Shown: piece after piece, positions 11,206-24,170 of the stretch
Layout: the number at the start of each line of letters is the position of its first letter
How positions within the stretch are numbered: the first letter of the stretch is position 1
Assembly: GCF_006345805.1 (NCBI RefSeq)
Contig: NC_043023.1
Location: 496,001 to 560,000 of the forward strand
Reading direction: 5' to 3'
DNA length: 64,000 bases
From: Octopus sinensis
Taxonomy: Eukaryota
The notes under the pieces: generated by a model
Seen by the model: the letters and a program-made list of their open reading frames with translations, nothing else
What the model was told of the DNA's origin: nothing
The model's database searches: none
Made by a program: the position numbers and the translations under genes

Positions 11206-11299
11206 GAGAAGATATACGTTAATCAGGAAGTCTCACAGATACAGCTGCGATTTCGATCATGTCTAGCGACCACGTAAACGTCTACATGTGACTCGTAAG

Positions 11300-11790
11300 A
11301 CGGTAGAGTTAATTTGGGAGAGATTTGGTTGCTATGTCTACCAGATCTATTTACCATTTAGAGGCCTCCTACATTGGCTCATACATACATATATACATGT
11401 ATAAAACAGGTGAGTGTGATTTGAGGGAGATTTGGCTGCTGTTTCTGTTAGGTCTAGCTACCATGTAAAGGTCACCCTCATTGGCTCATACATATCTACA
11501 TACATAAGAGAGTAGGGTGTAATTTGAGGGAGATTTGGCTGCTATTTCTACCAGGTCAAGCAACCATGTAATGGTGTCTGTCATTGGCTCGTACATACAT
11601 ATATACATACATAGGACAGTAGGGTGTGATTTGAAGGAAATTTGGTTGCTATATCTACAAGGTGTAGCCGCAATGTGGAGGTGACCCTCATTGGCTCATA
11701 ACATACATATATACGTACATAAGACAGTGAGGGGGATTTGGCTACTATGACACACAAGTCGATATACCAAATAGAAGCTTCCCTCTTAGT
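11300..11790 (+). repeat. Tandem array of a ~105-bp unit (5 units), locus 1
   Basis: TTGG(C/T)T(G/A)CT anchors at 11325, 11432, 11535, 11642 and 11738. Confidence 0.9.
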
Positions 11791-12436
11791 TCGGGTGAGC
11801 AGGTGTTGTCGGATGGTGGTCCATTAATCCATTGATCCACAAGAGATCAGTAAGTCAAATCCGATCTGAGGAGAATTAAAAGCGGATAAGACATAAAGCG
11901 ACCCCTGGGGTGGAACTGCAACTTTTTAACAACATTGCCATCTGTGACCAAAGCCTTTTCTCTTTTATGAAAGTATTTCACACACACACACACACACACA
12001 GAGGCACACACACACACAGAGGCACACACACACACACACATACCCCCCACACACACCCATACCCCCCACACACGCGCACACACACCCATACCCCCACACA
12101 TAGTATGTATGTATATATAGATATGTATATGTATGTGTGCCTGTATGCATATATGTATGCATGTATGTATGTGTATGTGTGGATACATATGTGTGTTCCT
12201 ATGTATGCACGTGTACATATGTAAGTGGGTACATGTATATACCTAGATATATATTTCAATCTACCTATTTGTCTGTCTGTCTGTCTGTCTCTCTATCTAT
12301 CTATCTAGATTGATTGATATACATATATATATATACATACATACATATATATACACACTTATCTAGATATTTATATATATATAACTACATAAATATATAT
12401 GTATATATGTGTCTGTGTGTACACGTATATATACAT

Positions 12437-13220
12437 ATATTTATACACAGACATATATATGTATATATATATTAGAAGAAATGAGGTACTCAGAAAATCG
12501 GATGGTTTTATATTTACAGATATTTATTTGTATATTACATTTTTTATACATCATATAACTTAGATCATGTATTAGCGCTTTCTCCCATTCTAGTGGGGTT
12601 TTCAAATCAAACTAAGTTCCTGTGTGAAAAGTTTTGACCATTTTATAGCGGTATTGAGTTTGTAGTGGTGGGGAGGAATATAAGACAGTACAAGAGGGTG
12701 ATGGATGAGGAGAAATTGAGAGAGAGAACATGTGTGTGCGTGCGTGCGTGTGTGTGTGTGTGTGTGTGTTTATATTTGGAATGAGTGCTAAAGAAAAAGA
12801 GGGGATATGTATATATATATACATATATTTATACACAGACATATATATGTATATATATATTAGAAGAAATGAGGTACTCAGAAAATCGGATGGTTTTATA
12901 TTTACAGATATTTATTTGTATATTACATGTTTTTATACATCATATAACTTAGATCATGTATTAGCGCTTTCTCCCGTTCTAGTGGGGTTTTCAAATCAAA
13001 CTAAGTTCCTGTGTGAAAAGTTTTGACCATTTTATAGCGGTATTGAGTTTGTAGTGGTGGGGAGGAATATAAGACAGTACAAGAGGGTGATGGATGAGGA
13101 GAAATTGAGAGAGAGAACATGTGTGTGTGTGTGTGTGTGCGTGCGTGTGTGTGTGTGTGTGTGTGTTTGTATTTGGAATGAGTGCTAAAGAAAAAGAGGG
13201 GATATGTATATATATATATA
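12437..13220. repeat. Recent tandem duplication, period ~388 bp
   Basis: TTAGAAGAAATGAGGTACTCAG at 12472 and 12860; the units are near-identical. Confidence 0.92.
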
Positions 13221-13413
13221 CATATATATGTGTGTATATCTATATATATGCATGTGTGTGTGTGTATGTATGTATATACATACACACAAGTATTGGTGAG
13301 TATTAAGTAGCTCCCTTTGCAATCACCAGGTTTCTTTTTAATGATTCTGCCAACAGAAGTCTTACATACGCACATACATTCATACATTCATACTTATAGA
13401 TATACATACATTC

Positions 13414-13930
13414 ATTACATGGAAAAATGCGAGCATGAAAAGTAATATTCTTAAAGATTATAAACCTGGAAAAGTACAGGACAAGTTATTACACCTGTAA
13501 AAGTATAGGACAAGCTATTACTTCAAGTAAAGAATAAGAAACTTTTTACTTAAAATATTGCAGCAAAGAATGCCAGTTCTTCTAATTTACCACTCTTTAC
13601 AGTTCTCATCTTTTAAATTTATTATACAAAACTGTTCAGCTAATTTGTATGTTTGTCTAATTAGTCACTTTTTTTAGTATTTAAGGTAGTAAATTAGCAA
13701 AATTCTACTTAAATAAGAATAGTGTTATTTCTAAACTAAAATAAAATATTTTTTAATATTCAAATTAAAATTTTAGCTGCAATATTTTAAGTAGAAAGTT
13801 TCTTATTCTTTACTTTACTAGAAGTAACAGCTTGCCCTATACTTTTACAGGTGTAATAACTTGTCCTGTTCTTTTCCAGGTTTATAATCTTAAGAATATT
13901 ACTTTCCAAGCTCGCATTTTTCCATGTAAT
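13414..13930. mobile_element. MITE, ~515 bp, ~150-bp TIRs, probable TA target duplication
   Basis: 13414-13564 is the reverse complement of 13776-13930; ends TA|CATGGAAAAATGCGAG...CTCGCATTTTTCCATG|TA. Confidence 0.85.
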
Positions 13931-14389
13931 CCATGATTTTTCCAGGCATTGCTGTTATAAGATAATTAATAATGTGTCAATTAATAATTTAGGATTTTAC
14001 TTTATAAAATACTGAGTAGGGGGGATACATTGGCTGCTATTTTTAGCGTGTCGAGCGACCAGGTAAAGACTCTTTTATTGGTTTGATTGCGTGATGAGAT
14101 TTTTTTTACACATATTTGTATAATATGTATGTATATCATCGGCGGAAATTAGAGAGTAAGTCAAAACCTGAGAGTTTCGTGTATTGACACTTATCAAACA
14201 CAAATTTGTCCATTGTCACTCTCTAACTTGTGACGAAATAACTTCTAAAATACAAAATTTTGTCAAAAACGTTAAGAGTAAGCCCAGTTGTATGTGACAT
14301 ATTGTATCAGTATCGGAAGTTTCAAAGTGTTTAGTTAAAAAATAATTAATTAAATAATTTGTACGTCAAATTGAATAGATCCGAAATGG

Positions 14390-14485
14390 ATAAAAAGAAA
14401 AGTCGACCTCGGCGGAATTTCAACTCAAAACATAAACACAGGCATTTCGGCCGACGCGATAACGATTCTGCCAGCTCACCGACTT
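14390..14485 (-). mobile_element. SINE family A, 5' part
   Basis: AAGTCGACCTCGGCGGAATTTCAACTC...GATTCTGCCAGCTCACCG. Confidence 0.8.
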
Positions 14486-15264
14486 AGAACGTAAATATCA
14501 ATTTTAGCAAAATATTCAGCGTTACTTCCTTACTCTCTTACACGAAATTTCGTGCTATTTCACTCCATAACATTTCTTCTACTAATTATTGTTCAATGCG
14601 ACTAACAACTCTGAATTCCTCATACATTTTTCTCTCATTTAAGCCTAAGAATAGTATACTTTCATTTAAAGATTAAAACGTTTATGTTAATTGAAGGTGA
14701 ATAGGTGCCTTACTGCTCCCCTTGTTAACATTTTGCAATTTAGTTGAGAACTGAATTAGTGGTGAAGCTTGGAAGCTGCTGCGATTGACGAAATGGTGGA
14801 CTTAAGAACATATTCAACAACTACTGTGGTTGAATGATATGTGATAATCATTACCTCATCTCATTAGATGATGGCCGTCTCACATTCAGCTTCAGTGTTC
14901 GGATTTACTTTGATCCTTGCATGTGTGCAGAGATGACTTTCCACACGTCATCACACATACATGCCCACAAATGGGTGAAGAAATGAAACGATAGAGAGAT
15001 ACCTGTATGTTATTGAATTTCAAGTGACAAAAGATTATAGAGCACCATTTGTGACTCTCTCAGTCGCCATAGTAGGTACCAGTGAGATGATTTTTATAGT
15101 CCCAGGCATCGTGATCATACGAAGTATGAATTAAGCATTTGCTTTCTCTGTCCAGGATCCCAAGTTCAACCACACTTTGCTTGAGACAGGTTGGTATGTG
15201 CCCTGCTGCTCCAATAAGGATAGTCTGCTAATGAATCTACCAACTTGCTGCCTTCAATAATATT

Positions 15265-15270
15265 ACTATG

Positions 15271-15304
<34 letters not shown>

Positions 15305-15981
15305 TGTATGTATGTATGTATGTATGTATGTATGTATGTATGTATGTATGCATGCATGTATCTATGTGTGTATGTGTGTATGTATGTGTGTATGTATGTA
15401 TGGATGTATGTACGTACGTATGTATGTGTATATGTATGTATGTATGTTTGTATGCATGTATGTATGTATGTATGTATGTATGTATGTATGTATGTATGTA
15501 TGCATGCATGCATGCATGCATGTATGTATGTATGTATGAATGTTATGTACGTATGTATGTATGTAGTATGTATGTCTGTATGTATGTATGTATGTATGTA
15601 TGTATGTATGCATGTATGTATGTATGTATATATGTATTATGTAGTATGTATGTTGTATGTATGTATGTATGTATGTATGTATGTATGTATGTACGTATGT
15701 ATGTATGTATGTATGTACGTATGTATGTGTGTATGTATGTATGTGTGTATGTATGTATGTATGTATGTGTATGTAAGTATGTATGTATGTATGTATGTAT
15801 GTATGTATGAATGTATGTACGTAAGTATGTGTATGTATGTTGTATGTATGTATGTATGTATGTACGTACGTACGTACGTATGTATGTATGTATGTATGTA
15901 TGTATGTATGTATGTATGTATGTATGTATGTTTGTTTGTATGTATGTATGTATGTATGTATGTATGTATGTATGTATGTAT
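15265..15981. repeat. (TATG)n array, ~720 bp
   Basis: Direct tandem with variant units. Confidence 0.95.
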
Positions 15982-16405
15982 AAACAGAGAAAAAAGCCAG
16001 AGAAATATCGATGAAGACAGACAGAAACAGTGCAAAGTAAGTCGTTCAGACAAGCGTAGACGCCATGTTGAAAGGTTAAACCTCTTCGCATGTTTATATA
16101 AATATATTTTCACAAATATTTTTTTGATTCTGTTAAGAGAAAAAAAGAAAAAGAAAAACTGATAACGACACATCATTTTGCGGCAAACAAACAAAATATT
16201 TGATTAAAACAGTTAAATATAATACAAACGCTCTTAAGTGTACATTTTTAGAATATTTTCAGACGGATTTTGACGATGTTTTTTGTGTATTTAAAATATA
16301 TTTTGTTATATTTCATATAATTTTGTAATACATAAACTTGAGTATGTACGCCTACAAATATTCATAAATACGCACACATATACATGTTTATAAAGGAATA
16401 CGCCT

Positions 16406-16436
<31 letters not shown>

Positions 16437-16779
16437 CGTACAGATGGATATACTTGTATATTCATATATATTTAATATATAAATAGATATTTTCACACAT
16501 ATATGATTATATATGAATACACATACACCAATATAAATGCACAAACACTAACACACAAGCGCACGCGCGAGCACGCTCGCATATACACATGCGTGCGCGC
16601 ACGTATGTATACGTATTAATGGTTATACTTGTATGTATATATATTTATATATATAATATTTAATATATACATTTGTATATATACACATTTTCACATACAT
16701 ATATGTTTATATAATGAATACACAGAGGCCTATGTGAATACGTAAGTAGATACACACACATACATACATACATATACAT

Positions 16780-16828
<49 letters not shown>

Positions 16829-17032
16829 CATACCTAAATATCTCTGTGCGTGCGTGTGTGCATATGTGTTTGGCAGAGTGGTCACAGCATGGAAAAGAGA
16901 CTGCTTTGTCGTGTTCGTTCCAGGTGTGCTTTGAGTTGAAATCCCGTCGAAGTCAGCTTTACCGTTTTGCCTTTCTATTTCGATAAAAAAGCATTACTCC
17001 ACGGTGGTGGTCGATGGAACGCCACAAATATC

Positions 17033-17132
17033 NNNNNNNNNNNNNNNNNNNNNNNNNNNNNNNNNNNNNNNNNNNNNNNNNNNNNNNNNNNNNNNNNNNN
17101 NNNNNNNNNNNNNNNNNNNNNNNNNNNNNNNN
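17033..17132. other. Assembly gap (100 N)
   Basis: Run of exactly 100 N, a typical scaffolding spacer; true distance and orientation across it are unknown. Confidence 0.98.
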
Positions 17133-17279
17133 GGTCATGTGTACTGAGTCACCGAGACTTGCTGCCAACAACTTCCGGTTCAACAATTTCCACTCCGATC
17201 TACCATCCATTGCGCATATACACTTCAGTCAGTTTAACTACAACATATTAACACATTAAAGATATATACGTACATACAT

Positions 17280-17336
<57 letters not shown>

Positions 17337-17619
17337 TATACATATATATTATATATATATTTACATCCATATTTTTATATATTATATACATATAATATAT
17401 ATGTATATATTCATAATTTTTGTTCATTTCCTATAAGATGTAAACATGTTTTCTTTCCATCCGTGCCTCTCCACCGCCACGAACCACTCCGTTCTTGTGT
17501 GTCAGTTATTTTGGGTTAGGTTCAATGATATCGTTATATAAAGCCACAACACTAAATAACATAAAGATCGTTATGAAGTATTTGCTTCAGAAAAACTTCG
17601 TTAATATCAATTTAATTTT

Positions 17620-17800
17620 TAAGGCGGTGGACTGGCAGAATCGTTAGCAAAGCGCTAAGAATTTTGCCCGTCTTTACGTTCTGAGTTCAAGTTTTCCCGC
17701 GATCGACTTTGCTTTCATCTTTTCGGAGTCGATCAAATAAGTACCAATTGATCACTGGGGTTAATTTAATCGACTTGCCCCAAAATTACTGTCAAAATTG
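17620..17800 (+). mobile_element. SINE family A, degenerate
   Basis: AAGGCGGTGGACTGGCAGAATCGTTAGC...GTTCTGAGTTCAAG...GTCGATCAAATAAGTACC. Confidence 0.85.
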
Positions 17801-17894
17801 GAAGCCACTGCATTCGTTAGCTATTCCCGGTGGCTTTTAGCCACTGGTGCCCCAAAAGTGAACAATATCAACGTTAAAGGCGCGAAATTGCAAT

Positions 17895-18110
17895 AATCAC
17901 CACTACAAACTCAATACCACTATAAAATGGTCAAAACTCCTCACACAGGAACTTAGTTTGATTTGAAAACCCCACTAGAATGGGAGAAAGCGCTAATACA
18001 TGATCTAAGTTATATGATATATAAAAAATGTAATATACAAATAAATATCTGTAAATATAAACCATCCGATTTTCTGATTACCTCATTTCTTCTAATATAT
18101 AATACCTGTA
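17895..18110 (-). repeat. Inverted, more diverged homologue of the 12470-12670 segment
   Basis: CCACTACAAACTCAATACC...GGAACTTAGTTTGATTTGAAAACCCCACTAGAATGGGAGAAAGCGCTAATACATGATCTAAG is the reverse complement of 12480-12670. Confidence 0.9.
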
Positions 18111-18267
18111 CATCATCTCCAAACCTTCCAATATATATATATATACATATATATGTATATATATATATGTATGTATACATAGGTCGTATATATATATGTA
18201 TATATACATGTATGTATGTATACATAGGTCGTATATATATATGTATGTATGTATATATACATGTATG

Positions 18268-18310
<43 letters not shown>

Positions 18311-18324
18311 TCATTACAGATATA

Positions 18325-19450
18325 GTGCAAAGAATTATTAATTTAATAATCAATAAATTTTACCAAGTAGTTTCGGTATGGAAAAAAACATTATCGGTAA
18401 AAACTTATACAAAAGTTTTTTATATATATAATTATGAATATAATTAAGGGATTAGCAACAAGTTGCTTCACCACATACCGAAAATTTAGAAATAGCAGCC
18501 AAAGACAGCTAATTTCTTTTAACTACCAATATGACTCCATAGACAACAATATTTGTAACTCACAGAGGCAAAAAAACAACGAAATCAAATAGTCTACGAT
18601 TAATTATGTACGCGTTTCTGGATTAGAATTATGAAAATTCATTTCCTTCATCGGCATAATATTTCGAGAATTATAAATTTGAAAATGTTAAAACACCTAC
18701 CCTTTGCATCTCCAACCAAGCGACATCGAAACATAACACTAGGTAGTCCAAACTTCCAAACTTACATAGCCGAGTAAATTCATATTTTCCCTCTAAGATT
18801 ACCATGTGCGTCACAAGATAGTACTGCAGAAAAAAACTTTAAGTTGTTACCGATAATGGTTTTTTCCATACCGAAACTACTTGGTAAAATTTATTAATTA
18901 TTAAATTAATAATTCTTTACCTTATATCTCTAACGACTATTTCACTCCCAGATAGCAAGCTGCAGTTTTTTTTTCTGCGGTACTATCTTGTGAGGAACAC
19001 GGTAATCTTGGAGGAGGGTGGAGGCGCAATGGTCCAGTGGTTAGGGCAGCGGACTCGCGGTCATAGGATCGCGGTTTCGATCCCCAGACCGGGCGTTGTG
19101 AGTGTTTATTGAGCGAAAACACCTAAAGCTCCATGAGGCTCCGGCAGGGGATTGTGGTGATCCCTGCTGTACTCTTTCACCACAACTTTCTCTCACTCTT
19201 ACTTCCTGTTTCTGTTGTACCTGTATTTCAAAGGGCCGGCCTTGTCACTCTCTGTGTCACGCTGAATATCCCCGAGAACTACGTTAAGGGTACACGTGTC
19301 TGTGGAGTGTTCAGCCACTTACACGTTAATTTCACGAGCAGGCTGTTCCCTTGATTCGGATCAACCGGAACCCTCGTCGTCGTAACTGACGGAGTGCTTC
19401 CATCCAATCTTGGAGGGAAAATATGAAATTACTCGTCTATATAAGTTTGG
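18325..19450. repeat. Interleaved inverted repeats A..B A'..B' (PLE-like remnant)
   Basis: A 18325-18410 pairs with A' 18840-18925; B 18745-18840 pairs with B' 18960-19450, which is split by a SINE. Confidence 0.8.
19015..19405 (+). mobile_element. SINE family C, subtype 1, full length, 11-bp TSD
   Basis: tRNA-Arg-like head GGAGGCGCAATGGTCCAGTGGTTAGGGCAGCGGACTCGCGG...GGTTTCGATCCC; TSD AATCTTGGAGG at 19004-14 and 19406-16. Confidence 0.92.
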
Positions 19451-19504
19451 AGGTATTGATAACACTTCCAATCAGTTAAGATCAGAAGCCATGAGAGCCA
19501 CTGG

Positions 19505-19715
19505 TGCTGTGCTGGCAGAATCGTTAACACGCTGAACGAAATGCTTAGCGGTATTTCGCCCGTCGCTACGTTCTGATTTCAAATTCCGTCGAGGTCGACT
19601 TTGCCTTTCGTCCTTTCGAGGTCCATAAATTAAGTACCAGTCAAGTACTGGGGTCAATGTGTTAGACTTATCCCTCCCCACAAATTTCAGGCCTTGTGTC
19701 TACAGGAGAAAGGAT
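19505..19715 (+). mobile_element. SINE family A
   Basis: CTGGCAGAATCGTTAAC...TTCAAATTCCGTCGAGGTCGACTTTGCC. Confidence 0.85.
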
Positions 19716-19739
19716 TATCATTATTTGCTTAGTTATTTT

Positions 19740-19806
19740 ATTTTCATCATCATCATCGTCTTCATCATCATCATCATCGTTATCATACATTTGTGACTTA
19801 GAATCT

Positions 19807-19894
<88 letters not shown>

Positions 19895-20002
19895 GCTGCT
19901 ACTACTGCTGCTGCTACAATTACTCCTACTACGACTACTACTACTGCTACTACTACAACTACTACTACTAATACTACTGCTGCTGCTACTACTACTACAA
20001 CA

Positions 20003-20046
<44 letters not shown>

Positions 20047-20622
20047 CACTACTACTACTACCACTGCTGCTGCTACACGTATGTAATCCGCTGCTGTTCC
20101 TGAAACGCCATACCAGGGGGCGATTCATTAACGTTGACCTTTACCATAAACCCCCTTGATTTAAGGAGTTTTACACTCAGGTCTGAGACGAACTCTGATG
20201 TGGAGTGGGTGGGGGAGATCCAAGGATGTGAGTCGGGTGGACAATGCTGATTAACACACATTACTTAAGGGGATAAGCGCTGATATTCCTGCCTTCAGAA
20301 TGTTTTTTTTTTTTTTACTTTTTGTCTTTTGAGGTTTTTCTGGAATTATTTCTACTTTTCTTGTTTTCGTGTCTTCGACGTTGTCATCGTGATCGTCAGC
20401 ATAAGCATCATCATCATCATTGTCGTCATCATCATCATCATCTCTACCACCATCATCACCACCATCGCCGCCATCACCAACGTCGTCATCAATATCTTCT
20501 CCTTCCATTTCTTCTTCTCTTCTTCTTCTTCTTCTTCTTCTTCTTCTCTTCTTCTTCTTCTCTTCTTCTTCTTCTTCTTTTTCTTCTTCTTCTTCTTCTT
20601 CTTCTTCTTCTTCTCCCAATGT

Positions 20623-20656
<34 letters not shown>

Positions 20657-20897
20657 CACACACACACACACATATATATATATACATGCGCATGCGAACA
20701 GATAGCAAGTAAGGGTATTGAGTGGTGCCGGTAGTATTAGTGTCTGCGGATGTTTTTTGGTCTTTGTCGGGTGGATGTGTAGAGAATGGATACGTGGGTA
20801 GGTCTTGGCTTGAATCTCTCAAGATATGCAGATTACGTGCCGAAAGGCGAGACGGCCGAAAATGCCACCAAGGAAATGCAATTATCGCCAACGTAAC

Positions 20898-20929
<32 letters not shown>

Positions 20930-20954
20930 TAAATATAATAATAATAATAATATA

Positions 20955-21007
<53 letters not shown>

Positions 21008-21212
21008 TAATAATGATGATGATGATGATGATGATGATAAGGTATCTTTGTACTCTGATCGACATATCGATCACTTCTGGCCGAAGCATAGCCCGGAAGA
21101 TGAACGTGAAGTTCGTCAAAGTTCAAGGACCTTGAAATTGGAGAAAGCTGCTTGCGTGTGCGGGGTGGGGGTTCGGGTCTATGAGAGTAAAAACAGCAGC
21201 AATAACAACATC

Positions 21213-21247
<35 letters not shown>

Positions 21248-21264
21248 TAATAATAATAATAATG

Positions 21265-21345
<81 letters not shown>

Positions 21346-21567
21346 TGATGTTGATGATGATGATAATAATGATGATAATAATAATTATAGTGGTAATGAT
21401 AGTAGTAGCAGCAGCAATATTAGTAGTAGTAGTAGCAGTAGTATTAGTAGTAGTAGTAGTAGCAGTAGTAGTAGTAGTAGTAGCAGTAGCAGTAGCAGTA
21501 GCAGTAGCAGTAGTATTAGTAGTAGTAGTAGTAGTAGTAGTAGTAGCAGTATTATTATTATTATTAT

Positions 21568-21605
<38 letters not shown>

Positions 21606-21610
21606 ACAAA
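19740..21610. repeat. Mosaic of trinucleotide microsatellites (CAT, TAC, CTT, TAA, TGA, TAG) with short unique spacers
   Basis: Direct observation; source of the poly-Ser/Tyr/Ile/Leu pseudo-ORFs. Confidence 0.95.
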
Positions 21611-21639
21611 AAGAAGAAGAAGAATGGTGGCCTGGCCCT

Positions 21640-21745
21640 CCGTCTGTTTCGGCGACGAGTGTTCCACTTGATTCAACCAACCTAATCGCTTGCTCATGAA
21701 ATCAACGTGCAAAGGGCTGAGTGCTCCACAGACATAGTTCTCTTA
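21640..21745 (-). mobile_element. SINE family C1, 3' tail fragment
   Basis: Reverse complement matches 19290-19400 (TGTCTGTGGAG..CTCAGCC.C.TT.CACGTT.ATTTCA). Confidence 0.75.
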
Positions 21746-22074
21746 GTGTAGTATACACATACAAAAATCATCTTGAAGATGAGGTTTTGCATGTATATAC
21801 TGGAGATGAAAAAATAAATGTAATCATGGTGTTCCGTTGATCTGATGAGCTAGACTTCTATACCTACATTTGTTTGTAAAATGCACAATAGTACAATTCC
21901 ATTTATAAAAATACTCACTAGTGCAGACGTGTAAAATAATTTATTATACTCTAAAATAACTTTTGCATGATGTTGGCTACGAAACGGCTGTCACCCTATG
22001 GATATCAAACGGTGAAATAAATATATTCATCTCATACCACCTGATGTTATACATATATCCTTCTTAGTCTTTTA

Positions 22075-22270
22075 TTTTTTATGTGCTTCGGTCATTTCAC
22101 TGCGGCCATGGTGGAGCATCGCTTTTAGTTCAAAACAAATCGACCTCAGGACTTATTATATCGGTAGTATTTATTCTATCGGTCGCTTTTGCCGAACCGC
22201 TAGCATACGGGGACATAAACACACCAATATCGGATGTCAAGCGATGGTGATGGTGGTGATGGAGAGAAAC
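22075..22270 (-). mobile_element. SINE family B, 3' part (its 5' part lies at ~22860-22995)
   Basis: TGCGGCCATGGTGGAGCATCGC...TTTTGCCGAACCGCTAG; head motif CCACGAAGTGGGACTGAAC at ~22960. Confidence 0.8.
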
Positions 22271-22338
22271 ACAGGCACACAAACATACACGCACACACAC
22301 ATACACACACATATATAATAATATAAATAATAAATAAA

Positions 22339-22770
22339 TATATATGCATACACACACATATATATGTACATACATATATTTGTATATACATGCATATATG
22401 GGCACAGGACACCACGGAACGTAAACAACATAAAATAAACATAAAATACGAAAACAACGTGAAATACGAAAACATGGAATACGAACTTGTTTTGCGAACG
22501 ACGAAAGAAACAAGCGGAAAACAAGACAAGCAACACGAAAAAACCGACCCTTCATCAATTGTTGGCTGTTTTTCTACTTCGTATTTCACAACAAATACGA
22601 AGTACAAAATCAGCCAAAACAAGTTCGTATTCCATGTTTTCGTATTTCACGTTGTTTTCGTATTTTATGTTTATTTTATGTTGTTTACGTTCCGTGGTGT
22701 CCTGTGCCCATATATGCATGTATATACAAATATATGTATGTACATTGATATGTGTGTGTATGCATATATA
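22339..22770. repeat. Inverted duplication, 156-bp arms, 120-bp spacer
   Basis: 22339-22494 is the reverse complement of 22615-22770 and identical over ~130 bp. Confidence 0.95.
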
Positions 22771-22831
22771 CTTATATATCATTTTTATTATTATATGATT
22801 GAGTGCTACGCATCCATTTCCAAGTAAGTTT

Positions 22832-22866
<35 letters not shown>

Positions 22867-23014
22867 GACAGGCTTATTTCAGTTTCCGTCTACCAAATTC
22901 ACTCACAATGATTTGGTGGGTTCGTGGCTACAGTAGAAGACACTTGTTCAAGCTGCCACGAAGTGGGACTGAACTTACCACATAGCCACTCCTGCACTGA
23001 TATATATCTATATA

Positions 23015-23056
<42 letters not shown>

Positions 23057-23194
23057 AAATGAGAAAATGGAGAAACATACGTAAATCAATCATCAACCAT
23101 CAGATAATACCCAATCAATACTTTATTAAACCATTACACAACAGCAATGACATTATACATAATATATTGCAAATATAACTAGACATGGAAAGAC

Positions 23195-23252
<58 letters not shown>

Positions 23253-23374
23253 ATATATATACCAAATTCACTCCGAAAGTCTTTCTCGAACTTGTGCTAC
23301 TGTACAGTAAAATTGAACCCGAATTTGATGTTGTTGCAAAGCGAAGTTCTTGACTACGCGGCCACACTTGCGTT

Positions 23375-23590
23375 TATAATGAGAAAACTAGAGACCTTAC
23401 AGCTGGACTATAAGTTAAGAATGATAGCTGTGATTATTGGGGTACGTCGTGATGCAACGAAGTAGCCGAGAATTATTGTTGAGACGCAGGGGTTCAGAAG
23501 AGCAGAAACGATACGGATAATTAAGAAATTAGCATTTCATGAGGTTCGTGGAATCTGTGAAATTGTGGAGAACATTCTCGAACTCCTCGT
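23375..23590 (+). mobile_element. Highly degenerate R4-like RLE retrotransposon C-terminal fragment
   Basis: LQLDYKLRMIAVIIGV...GFRRAETIRIIKKL aligns by eye with LQLLYPDYKFRFLPVNIGVLG...KLGF at 42700. Confidence 0.45.
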
Positions 23591-23607
23591 CTAGTGACTC
23601 TGTGTGT

Positions 23608-23672
<65 letters not shown>

Positions 23673-23769
23673 TGTATGTTTGTATACACTCATGTTGTCA
23701 TACAAAGCTAAGTTTGTGTACAATTCCACATACGTAATAATTAGCATGCGTGCATGTGTACGTTGGGTA

Positions 23770-24170
23770 AATAGATGCATACATACACACATACATACAT
23801 ACATACACACATACACACATACATACACACATACATACATACATACATACATACATAATACATACATACATGCATGCGTGCATACATACATACATACTTA
23901 TATACATACATACATACATACATACATACATACATACATACATGCATACATACATACATACATGAATACATACATACATGCATACATACATACATACATA
24001 TATACGTGCATATATACATACATATATACATACATACATGCATACATACTTATATGCATACATACATACTTATATGCATACATACATACATACATACATA
24101 CATACTTATATACATACATACATACATATATACATACATACTTATATACATACATATACAAAGATATATA
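23770..24170. repeat. (TACA)n array
   Basis: Direct tandem. Confidence 0.9.

Noticed and set aside
16959-17259. ORFs spanning the N run
   Set aside because: Artefact of translating across a scaffold gap
19015-19100. tRNA genes (also 9315, 26711, 34101 and other heads)
   Set aside because: A/B-box-like motifs continue into SINE bodies, and no complete cloverleaf with an acceptor stem is present
19696-21712. Poly-Ser/Tyr/Glu/Ile/Leu/Asn ORFs
   Set aside because: Trinucleotide microsatellite translations, open in multiple frames
21842-21870. Isolated CTGANGA words (304, 21842, 26480, 42652, 43040, 50807)
   Set aside because: No helix II followed by GAAA and NUH in register; expected by chance or inside coding relics
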